Below the pieces are notes generated by a model. The model was not told the DNA's origin. It worked only from the letters and a program-made list of their open reading frames with translations, and ran no database searches. This document shows, piece after piece, positions 54,531 to 63,398 of a stretch of DNA of 64,000 nt. Made by a program: the position numbers and the translations under genes. The stretch's first letter is position 1, and every line of letters starts with the position of its first letter. This DNA comes from Saprospiraceae bacterium. Lineage in GTDB: Bacteria; Bacteroidota; Bacteroidia; Chitinophagales; Saprospiraceae. The stretch spans positions 74,252 to 138,251 of the forward strand of contig JAXHNU010000028.1 of assembly GCA_034520175.1 (NCBI GenBank), given 5' to 3'.

Positions 54531-55067
54531 ATGAAAAAAATCATCATCAGCATTGTAGCGGCACTTATTGCCTTCATCGGATTTGGTTTGTACAAATCCT
54601 CTGATTTGAAAACTATCCAAATCGTCAAAACAGTCACCGTGAAAGGCGCGATTAACGAAACATTTGACATGGTGCGCTATCTCAAAAATTTCCCGAAATG
54701 GTCGCCTTTCTTGGCACAAGACCCTGCTCAAAAATATGAGGTTAAAGGTACAGATGGCTTGGTGGGCGCACAGTACCATTGGAACGGAAATGGTGGCGAA
54801 GACCTTGGTTTTCAAGAGATTGTAAAAATTGATACCTTTCGTTTTGTGGGTATGAAATGCGACATTCAAAAGCCATTTGTTGCCAAACCGACATTCAACT
54901 ATACGTTTAAAGAAACGCCCAATGGCATCGAAGTAACGCAAGATTTCAAGGTGGAATCAGCAGCAGTTGATGCGTTTTTCATGTGGCTTTTTGGTGCAAA
55001 AAAAGGCATGGAAGACACCAATGAGCAAGGTATGCAGTTGCTCAAAAAGGCGGTGGAGCAAGGATAA
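54531..55067 (+). CDS. SRPBCC (START/polyketide-cyclase-like) family protein
   Basis: 178 aa. N-terminal anchor, then a ...FDMVRYLKNFPKWSPF... layout typical of SRPBCC proteins. Confidence 0.6.
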   Translation: MKKIIISIVAALIAFIGFGLYKSSDLKTIQIVKTVTVKGAINETFDMVRYLKNFPKWSPFLAQDPAQKYEVKGTDGLVGAQYHWNGNGGEDLGFQEIVKIDTFRFVGMKCDIQKPFVAKPTFNYTFKETPNGIEVTQDFKVESAAVDAFFMWLFGAKKGMEDTNEQGMQLLKKAVEQG

Positions 55068-55091
55068 GAATTTGTGTTGTCGTAGCGAAAT

Positions 55092-55135
55092 AACTTGCGC
55101 CAAGTTTTAAACTTGGCGCAAGTTGCCTTTGTTTT
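55092..55135 (+). terminator. rho-independent terminator after the SRPBCC gene
   Basis: AACTTGCGCCAAGTT TTA AACTTGGCGCAAGTT (15-bp perfect stem) followed by GCCTTTGTTTT. Confidence 0.75.
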
Positions 55136-55273
55136 ACCCCCTCAGTATTTTCGACACTTCACTCCTCAAAAAGTGCAGTTCAGTTAGTTCTTTTTGTCGT
55201 GATTTGAAACGCGGTGCATCTTTGAGCCATCAAAAGAAATTAATTTAATCAATTATTAAACAATTTTTGGCTT

Positions 55274-55585
55274 ATGAAAACGCACTTGATTCTCGCACTT
55301 CTCTTTTTAAGTTTTTTGGCAACTGCTCAACCTTACGCCGTTAAAAATGGCAATACCCGCCACCGCTTTGCTCAATTAGAAGTGGGCGTTACGCAGTACT
55401 ACACGCACAATAGTGGATCAACCCAAGTTTTGCAAGATGGAAAAATTAATGATTACAAACTCGGTGGCAGCGGCGCGACTGCTTTTATTTCGGCTTATGG
55501 TTACGCCGAAAACACCAAACGTAGTGCCATCACTTTTGAGGCATTTAAGTTTTTGGGTGACTATCACGGCTTCAAAGAGAGATAG
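55274..55585 (+). CDS. hypothetical secreted protein
   Basis: 103 aa. Signal peptide MKTHLILALLFLSFLATAQP. No recognised motif. Confidence 0.4.
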   Translation: MKTHLILALLFLSFLATAQPYAVKNGNTRHRFAQLEVGVTQYYTHNSGSTQVLQDGKINDYKLGGSGATAFISAYGYAENTKRSAITFEAFKFLGDYHGFKER

Positions 55586-55690
55586 GGGGAGGAAGGTTTT
55601 AAGATGTCAATTCAGAAAGGGCAAGTCATTTTAACCCCCTCAGTATTTTTAGTATTTTTGGTATTTTCAATCACTTAACAAACATTTTCG

Positions 55691-56515
55691 ATGAAGAAAA
55701 TTGCATTATTACTATTTTGTCAACTTGTTTTTGCTGTCGGTCTTTTCGCGCAGTCAAAAGACACAAGCATTTCTGCTAAACGACAAGCGAGAATAGACCG
55801 CCGCGCCGAACGCTTGGCAAACACCCACGTTTTTAACGCCAAATCTTTCGGCTTCGTCTATCAAAATGAGCAACATACGGTTGTGTCGCCTTTGGTTTAT
55901 TCGGGTGTCGGTTTGGCATTGTCAAACGAACGGCAACGCTTTCTGTACAGCACGATGACGCGTAATTATGGTAGCGCATCTTACAACCTGTTGAAAGCTG
56001 CCGAAAGCACCTCTTTGGGACACTCGGTGACAGCGCAATTTGGCTACGATTACTTGAAAAAAGCCTTTTTTGAGAACTTCCACATCGGCGGCATGGTGCA
56101 AATGAACGCTAATGTTACAATAAAACCCGAACTCAGCAACAATATCCTCACATCTGAAGTCTTCGCAAATTTGGGCGTTTCAAGCCACTACAAACGCGAT
56201 TTTAAGCTCTTCAATCGTCCGCTTCAACTGGAAGTTTCGGCGCGATTGCCTTTGCTGGGCGTGGTGAATTTGCTGCCCGATTACAGCTATTCGTTTGATA
56301 AAGTGCCTAATTTCAGTTTTTTTTCGCTCCATAATTCATTCTTGCCACAAACCCAAGTTTGGCTCAATTTGCCCACCTCCAAACGCTATCCGATGCGTCA
56401 ATACCGCGTTGGTTATGAGTGGCGGCTCAATCGTTTTGCCAGTGGCAATGACCACCACGTAACGACTGGAACGCATACACTACACGTCTTAGCAACCTTA
56501 GATAAATGGCGATAA
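55691..56515 (+). CDS. hypothetical outer-membrane-type protein
   Basis: 274 aa with a signal peptide and a beta-rich sequence ending in an aromatic residue. Confidence 0.55.
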   Translation: MKKIALLLFCQLVFAVGLFAQSKDTSISAKRQARIDRRAERLANTHVFNAKSFGFVYQNEQHTVVSPLVYSGVGLALSNERQRFLYSTMTRNYGSASYNLLKAAESTSLGHSVTAQFGYDYLKKAFFENFHIGGMVQMNANVTIKPELSNNILTSEVFANLGVSSHYKRDFKLFNRPLQLEVSARLPLLGVVNLLPDYSYSFDKVPNFSFFSLHNSFLPQTQVWLNLPTSKRYPMRQYRVGYEWRLNRFASGNDHHVTTGTHTLHVLATLDKWR

Positions 56516-56583
56516 AAGGTAGCACGAAGGTAGCACGGACTTCAGTCCGTGAAATAAATTTTCCAACTAAATTCAATCAAAAA

Positions 56584-57597
56584 ATGAAAAAATTAATCAT
56601 ATTCAGCCTTTTTTCCGCCCTAACCTTTATGATGTCTTCTTGCGAAAAAGCATGGATGACAACAGAACCTAACACTTCCAAACAAGCCGTTTTTGAGCAA
56701 ATCTGGAAATTTGCGGACGAAAAATATTCCTTTTTCGACTACAAAAAAATAGATTGGAACGCCTTAAAAACCCAGTACAAATCGCGCGTTAGTGAAAGCA
56801 TGAGCGACGAAGATTTTTTGAAAGTGTGCGACGAAATGCTCGACAACCTCAAAGACGGTCATGTTAACATCAAAACGACATTTGACAGGACGCGCACTTG
56901 GGATTGGTTTCTCAATGCGCCGCCAAATTTTGACAAAAACATCATTTTGCGGAATTACTACAAAGACAAACAACAGTTTATCGGTGGGTTTGAGTACATG
57001 GATTTTGGCGATGTGGCTTACGTTTATTATGGCTCATTTTCCGATGATTTTAGCAAAGCCAATTTGGACTACATCATGGAAAAAGCCAAAGGTAAGAAAG
57101 GTTTTATCATTGATATTCGAGACAACGGCGGCGGTTCAAAAGCCAACGTGAGTGCGATTGCCGAACGTTTTTGCAGAGAAAAAACCAAAATTGGGCAAGA
57201 ATGGAACAAAAACGGCAAGGCACACAACGCGTTCAGCAAAGCCGATGCCTATTTGACCCCAACGGCGGGCATTACAAAATTTTTGGATAAACCCGTCGTC
57301 GTTCTCATTAATCAGAGAAGTTACAGTGCCGCCAATTTTTTCCCTTTTACCATGAAAGCATTGCCCAACGTCACGCTCATGGGTGACAGTTCGGGTGGTG
57401 GCGGTGGTATTCCTACTTATACGGAACTTTCTAATGGTTGGACATTGCGGGTTTCGTCCAGTCAAACCTTTGACAATCAAGGTTTTAATATCGAAAACGG
57501 TGTTCCGCCGACAATTAAAATTGATATGACTAAAGCCGATATGGACAAAGGTGTTGATACAATTTTGGAAGCGGCATTGAAAAAAATTAGGGGTTAA
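56584..57597 (+). CDS. S41 family peptidase
   Basis: Lipoprotein-like signal (..MMSSCEK), DIRDNGGG, and VVLINQRSYSAANFF (catalytic Ser context). The ATG at 56584 is preferred. Confidence 0.8.
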   Translation: MKKLIIFSLFSALTFMMSSCEKAWMTTEPNTSKQAVFEQIWKFADEKYSFFDYKKIDWNALKTQYKSRVSESMSDEDFLKVCDEMLDNLKDGHVNIKTTFDRTRTWDWFLNAPPNFDKNIILRNYYKDKQQFIGGFEYMDFGDVAYVYYGSFSDDFSKANLDYIMEKAKGKKGFIIDIRDNGGGSKANVSAIAERFCREKTKIGQEWNKNGKAHNAFSKADAYLTPTAGITKFLDKPVVVLINQRSYSAANFFPFTMKALPNVTLMGDSSGGGGGIPTYTELSNGWTLRVSSSQTFDNQGFNIENGVPPTIKIDMTKADMDKGVDTILEAALKKIRG

Positions 57598-57695
57598 TTG
57601 CGTCCTAAGTGAGCAACGGTAAATAATCGCAAACAACTTGCGTCAAGTTTTGAATTCTGTCCGTTAGTTATACGTCTTAAAACGCTGAAAGCGTT

Positions 57696-57856
57696 GAACA
57701 TGAATAGCCCCGAATGACAATTCGGGGAGTGAGAGATGAGAGATATTCTCACAACCCCGAAGGAGTTGAACTTATGACTTTTGTTCAACTCCTTCGGAGT
57801 TGTGAAAAAAACAGTCACACTATTCCCCGAATTGTTATTCGGGGCTATTCATGTTT
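57696..57856. repeat. 160-bp nested palindromic element
   Basis: GAACATGAATAGCCCCGAATGACAATTCGGGGA versus TCCCCGAATTGTTATTCGGGGCTATTCATGTTT, with an inner hairpin CCCCGAAGGAGTTGAAC...GTTCAACTCCTTCGG. Confidence 0.7.
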
Positions 57857-58008
57857 AAACCTTTCAGGTTTCACCGATTCCCCCTCAGTATTCAGCCGTT
57901 TTTTCTTCGTGTTCGTCCGTTTTTTTCTTGTTTTAGTCAAATTTTTTTTGCTGATAGAGTCATAAAGTGCTTAATTGCAGACATATTATCATCTTTAAAA
58001 ATGACAAA

Positions 58009-58500
58009 ATGAATACACTTTATGGAGACAATATCGGTCTCACGCACTTCATTGCGGGTATCGCAGCCGTCCTATTTGGCGGAGCAGTTTTGTTGATGAA
58101 AAAAGGAACGCCTATCCACCGCAAAGTAGGTTATCTCTACGTGGCGAGCATGGTTGTTTTGGTTGTTTCGTCTTTTGGTATTTACCGTCTATTTGGCAAA
58201 TTTGGGCTTTTTCACGGTTTTTCGTTGGTGGCGGTTTTTTCACTTGTAATGGGTATGTTTCCTATGCTAAAAAAACAGCGCACACCGCAGGATTACGAAA
58301 CCCACTTTACCCGAATGTATTGGTCGGTAGCGGGTTTATACGCGGCTTTTGCGGCTGAAAGTTTTATTCGAGTGCCAAAATTGGGTACATTTTGGCAAAT
58401 CGTGGCGTGGAGTTTTGTGCTGATTGTGGGCGTTTGTTTTGTGGTTTTTATCAAGAAGAAAGCGGTTTGGTCGGCGCAGTTTGGGAAGAATAGGGTGTGA
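58009..58500 (+). CDS. hypothetical membrane protein
   Basis: About 163 aa from MNTLYGD, with 5 hydrophobic helices. Confidence 0.5.
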   Translation: MNTLYGDNIGLTHFIAGIAAVLFGGAVLLMKKGTPIHRKVGYLYVASMVVLVVSSFGIYRLFGKFGLFHGFSLVAVFSLVMGMFPMLKKQRTPQDYETHFTRMYWSVAGLYAAFAAESFIRVPKLGTFWQIVAWSFVLIVGVCFVVFIKKKAVWSAQFGKNRV

Positions 58501-58616
58501 TAGATACCACTCAGTATCGTGATAGCGACGTTTATAAATGCTATACAGATTTAGGAAATCTAAACCGTTGAAAATCAATAAACCAAATAAAAAATTCAAA
58601 TAAAAAAAATCAGTCT

Positions 58617-59903
58617 ATGAAAAATGCTTTGCTTCTTTTAGTTTTTTTGACTCAAACAGCTTTTGCCCAAGAAGTCACCGTTTCTATCAGCGATGTCGTT
58701 AACTTTTGGGAAGCCTACGACAGTGTTCAAACCACGAAAGATACCGCCCGACAACTCCATTTTATCAAAACGCTTTACGAAGACCGAGGGTCGGTGGGGT
58801 TGAAAGAAATGCAAGAACTGCGCGGGGGAACGCCCGAAAAATGGCTTAAAATGATGATTCAAAACAAGGCGAGTTTGGAGGTGAAACGTCCCCAAATGCT
58901 TTCCGTTATGAAACAAAAGCCGATTTTGGATAAAAAACTGGCGCGTTTACGTGAACTCTACGACGATTTTAAAGGTGGCGCGATTTATTATGTCGTCGGC
59001 ATTGGCAATTCGGGCGGTACGCTCAAAGGCAATCACGCGCTGATTGGCACGGAGGTCGCGGCGAATGAAACAGACGATTGGGCTATCGAAATAGTGTCGC
59101 ATGAGTTTATTCATACGCTCCAAAAAATCGAAGGCAGTACTTTGTTAGCGGCGGTGATTCAAGAAGGCATGGCTGATTTTGGGGCAGAACTGGTTTACAA
59201 TGAACGGACTTTGGCGGAACTCTTTCCAACGAATCACACTGCCTTTGGTCTGAAAAACGAAGCGGCGATTTGGGCGGATTTTAAAAAATATATGCACCTC
59301 ATCGAAGGGCGTGAAAACTATTACGGTTGGCTCTACGCAGCACGGACGGTCAACGGCACGACGATTAACGATTTGGGCTATTTTGTGGGCTATCAAATCT
59401 GTAAAAGTTATTATAACAAAGCCGTAGATAAGAAAAAAGCGTTCAAAGATATGCTTGAATGGGATTTTGCCGACCAAGAAAAAACGCGTCAATTTCTCTT
59501 GGAATCGGGTTATTTGAATAAAAAAGACGAAAAATATGCCCGAAAAATGGTCTTTTCCAACGTGCCACCCAATGCCAAAGTCGGCAAATTGAAAGTGATT
59601 GGTTATAAAGTGAAAGATAATAATATTGTGTTTGATTACCAGTTGACAGGCGTTCAAAAGGAAGCAAAAACGGTTTCAATTGCGGGTAGTTTTAACAGTT
59701 GGAAAGCCAATGAAACGGGTTATATGTTGCAAAATATTGGGGCGGATAAATTTGAATTGACGCTGCCCGTTTCTCAATTTGAGAAAGGAAAAACCTACCA
59801 ATTTAAGTTTGTAGTGGGCGAAAATGATTGGCAAAATCCGCCGCCTAACGCTAAAAATACGGCAAAGGAAGGCAATTATACGAATTTGGCGTTTACGTTG
59901 TGA
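58617..59903 (+). CDS. putative Zn-dependent protease (DUF2268-like) with C-terminal CBM48/AMPK-beta-like sugar-binding domain
   Basis: 428 aa with a signal peptide. Metalloprotease motif SHEFIHTLQ. The C-terminal VSIAGSFNSWKANE...YQFKFVVGENDW resembles glycogen-binding modules. Confidence 0.6.
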   Translation: MKNALLLLVFLTQTAFAQEVTVSISDVVNFWEAYDSVQTTKDTARQLHFIKTLYEDRGSVGLKEMQELRGGTPEKWLKMMIQNKASLEVKRPQMLSVMKQKPILDKKLARLRELYDDFKGGAIYYVVGIGNSGGTLKGNHALIGTEVAANETDDWAIEIVSHEFIHTLQKIEGSTLLAAVIQEGMADFGAELVYNERTLAELFPTNHTAFGLKNEAAIWADFKKYMHLIEGRENYYGWLYAARTVNGTTINDLGYFVGYQICKSYYNKAVDKKKAFKDMLEWDFADQEKTRQFLLESGYLNKKDEKYARKMVFSNVPPNAKVGKLKVIGYKVKDNNIVFDYQLTGVQKEAKTVSIAGSFNSWKANETGYMLQNIGADKFELTLPVSQFEKGKTYQFKFVVGENDWQNPPPNAKNTAKEGNYTNLAFTL

Positions 59904-60006
59904 ATTCGACCCCCTCAGTATTTTTATCAAAAAATGTCCTTGTAACAAAACTACAACCAACACAGTCAACCTCTTGAATACTTTCTAAAAATTTAATAAA
60001 AACGTT

Positions 60007-62436
60007 ATGAAAAAGCTACTATTCTTATTTTTACTATTAAGCCAACTCATAAATGCCCAAACGAACGGTACGATTAAAGGTCGCGCCGTTGACAGTACGT
60101 CTCAAAAACCCGTCGAATTTGCGAGTGTCGCTCTGTTGTTGGCGGAGGATTCTTCGCTTGTGAAGGGAGCGATTACCGATTCTTTGGGCTTGTTTTCCCT
60201 CAATAATTTGGCGGAAGGCAGCTATATTATTATGGTATCGAGCGTCGAGTACCGCAAGATTTCTAAAGGACCGTTGGTGATTACGGTCAATCAAAATGAG
60301 TTGGATTTAAAAGATTTGGCTTTAACAACCGATGATAAAGCCTTGTCAGAATTTGTAGTACTGGGCAATAAACCCGTTTTTCAACAAAAAATGGGCAATA
60401 TTATCGTGAATGTTGATGCCAAAATGTTTAAAACGTCGGTCAATGCGCTTGAAATTATGCGCCGTTCACCAGGCTTGTTGGTCAATACGAATGGCGATAT
60501 TTCTTTTCGAGGAACGAGTCCGAAAATATTGATTGACGGTCGAGATTTGCGGATGTCGCCAGAACAAGAAAAAAACTATTTGCGCTCGCTCGCCCCCGAA
60601 CAAATAGAGAGCATCGAACTCATGCCCAATCCGCCCGCGAAGTACGAATCGTCGTTTGCGACGGTGATTAACATCAAGCTGAAACGCGACCCAAACTTGG
60701 GCTTCAAAGGCAGTGTTTACGGTTCGATTCAACAACACCGCTTCACAAATGGCGAATTTGGGGGCAATTTGACCTACAAAACACCAAAAATGGCGTACTC
60801 GCTCAACGTGGGTTTGTCGAAAAGTGATTCTTACCAAGAATTGACCGACCGCCGTGTGTTAGGAGCGACGACCGAAAAAGATATTTTTGAGTCATTTTCG
60901 TACATAAAAAACCCGTATCGAGGGCTGAATGTGGTGGCGGGTGCGGAATTCACCATCAACCCCAAACACTCGATTGACTTCAAATTGACGGGCGATATCA
61001 ATAACTCAAACAGTTGAACGTATGCCCAAAATAAATCAAATATCGGGCGGGTTGAACAACCTTTTTTGGTGAGTACAAATCAAATGACCGATGAAGGTAA
61101 AAGTTTGACGGGGTTATTGGGCTATCGTTTTAAAACGGACAAGCAAGAGTTTATCGTTGAATTGGCGGCTGCCGACAACCAAAAACCGGGTTCGCAAGAC
61201 TTGATTTCGGAATATCTCCGCAATAATGTTCCCGTTCGTGGCATCACAAGACAGCGCAATCAACAAGGGGTTAGTTCCAATTTTAAAACGCTCAATGTGA
61301 CTTACAGCGATTTATTGGCTAAAAATTGGCAATTTGAGACGGGTTTTAAGATAAATTACGTGCAGAACCTATCCACTATTCGGTTTGATACGTTGCTCAA
61401 AACCAACGCAACAAGAGAAACGCCTTTGACCGATGCCGATTTTGGCAAAGATGCGCGGCGTAGTAACGTCTTCAATTTTGATGAAAATGTCAATATGTTT
61501 TTTGTTCAATTGGGTCGTCAATACAACAAACTTAGCGTTTTGGCGGGCGTTCGAGCGGAAAATACGGTTACGGAAGGGCGTTCTGAAGCCGTTAATTCGG
61601 CGGTCAATCGCAACTATTGGAACGTTTTACCGACATTGACGATGCAATATAAAGTCGGCGAAAGTAGCAATTTGGTATGGGCAACTTCGCGTAAAATCTC
61701 GCGCCCCAGTGTTTGGCAACTCAACCCATTCCCATTCTTTTTAGACCCTTTTACGGTCGCTCTGGGCGACCCGTTTTTGTTTCCACAGATACGCACAGCG
61801 AGCGAATTGACGTATTCTTATAAAAATTTGATGCTCATTGGTGGGTACAATCATTATAAAAATCAAACGACTCAACTCCCTTTGTACAATGACAAAACGA
61901 ACCTAACAACGTGGCAACAAATCAATATCAAAGGGCAACGGTTCTTTTTTGACGTGAGTCATTCTGCTCCAATTTTGCCTAAATGGAACTATCAAGTTTA
62001 CATAAGCACGGCTTACGCGGGTGAGCAAGCGGACATCAACAACCGCGAAAATAAAAGCAGTGGTTTCACGGCTTCGGCTTGGTTGACCAATATGTTTAAT
62101 TTGCCGAAAGGCTACAATTTGGAGGTTTCGGGGTGGTACAATGTGCCAAACCAAGCGGGTTTGTTTAGGTCAAAAGGCATGGGCGCGGTCAATTTGGCTT
62201 TGCAAAAAAGTTTTTTGGACAATAGATGGAACGTTCAACTTAACGCAAATGACATCTTTTGGACAAGTATTTTCAGAGGGGCAATTTTGGTGGACAATTC
62301 AGATATAAATTTCACGAATCGGCAACCGAACCGTAATGCCTCGCTGCGGGTAACGTACAATTTTGGCAAATCTAAGTTTCAGTCCCAAGGACGGAAGTCG
62401 GGTGTGGGTGAAGATGCAGCGCGGATTAAAAGATAA
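60007..62436 (+). pseudogene. TonB-dependent receptor / outer-membrane beta-barrel (CarboxypepD_reg-like N-terminus) interrupted by one in-frame TGA
   Basis: ORFs 60007-61017 and 61066-62436 are in the same frame (61066-60007 = 1059 = 3 x 353). They are separated only by the TGA at 61015-61017, and the 16 codons between them are open (TYAQNKSNIGRVEQPF). Confidence 0.75.
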
Positions 62437-62470
62437 CCCCTCAGTATTTTTACTAAAATTCACATAAAAT

Positions 62471-63349
62471 ATGACCAAAACAATCTTTTTTCTACTCTTT
62501 TCAATCTTTTTAATCGGCTGCAAAGAGACCCCAAAAGACGAATCAACGGCTCTAACGCATTTTGAAACAATGGATTATGTCAAAGTTGGGCAGTTATTTG
62601 ATTCCATAAAAACGCCTTATATCATTGATATTTCAAATGGTAAAAAGCGGCTTGTTTTTGTGGGTTGCGACCACCAAGTGCCTGCAACGCATCCACAATT
62701 TGCGGCGATTCAACGCTTGTTTTGGGATTTGAAACCGCAAATGACGTTCAATGAAGGTGGGCAATATACTGATTCTTTGCGCTATGAAAATTACCAAAAA
62801 GCCATTGGAAAAGACGGAGAAAGCGGTGCGTTGAAGTATTGGTCGGACAGTTTGCACGTCAAAATGATGAATGGTGATTTGAGTGCCAAAGAGGAGTTTG
62901 CGCTCACGAGCCGCTATCACACGCAAGAAGAATGGTATTTGTATTATATTATGGAGCGTTGCATTGTGCCTTTTATCTATAATAATAAAGGCGGAAAACT
63001 GCCTTTTGATTCGGTTTTTAACCAAAATATGAATCGTTATTTTTTGAAAAATGGCTTAAAAATAACGGACGAACAACGCTCTTTTGCCCATTTCAAAACG
63101 GTGTATCAAAAAAACATGGCCAAGCCTTTTGACCTTAAAAATGTGGACATCGAAGCCTTTGATTATGTCAATCCTGATTGTCGGTTTTGTGCCGTCGGGC
63201 GGATTTCCAAAATGGTGCGTGACAGTGTTTTATTGACCAAAATTGACGATGCTTTGACTAATTTTGATAGAGTTATGGTGACTTTTGGGCATGGTCACGC
63301 TTTGGCGATTGAACCTGCGTTGCGGCAAATTGTGAATAAGAAGCGGTAA
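62471..63349 (+). CDS. hypothetical lipoprotein
   Basis: 292 aa. Lipobox FLIGC near the N-terminus. Confidence 0.6.
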   Translation: MTKTIFFLLFSIFLIGCKETPKDESTALTHFETMDYVKVGQLFDSIKTPYIIDISNGKKRLVFVGCDHQVPATHPQFAAIQRLFWDLKPQMTFNEGGQYTDSLRYENYQKAIGKDGESGALKYWSDSLHVKMMNGDLSAKEEFALTSRYHTQEEWYLYYIMERCIVPFIYNNKGGKLPFDSVFNQNMNRYFLKNGLKITDEQRSFAHFKTVYQKNMAKPFDLKNVDIEAFDYVNPDCRFCAVGRISKMVRDSVLLTKIDDALTNFDRVMVTFGHGHALAIEPALRQIVNKKR

Positions 63350-63398
63350 TAGCCCCCTCAGTATTTGGATTAAATTTTAAAAATTTTACATAAAAAGT

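Noticed and set aside
61015-61017. TGA in the TonB-dependent receptor as selenocysteine or reassigned codon.
   Set aside because: TGA is used as a normal stop by several confident genes here (arsR at 19511-19513, arsC, the antiporter). I see no obvious stem-loop directly downstream. Outer-membrane receptors are not known selenoproteins.
2643-63363. TACTGAGGGG as merely a promoter, RBS or terminator element, or as the conserved end of one of the MITEs.
   Set aside because: Half of the copies are inside coding sequence, in all frames and both orientations. The intergenic copies occur in either orientation relative to the flanking genes. None of the MITE consensus sequences contains the word.
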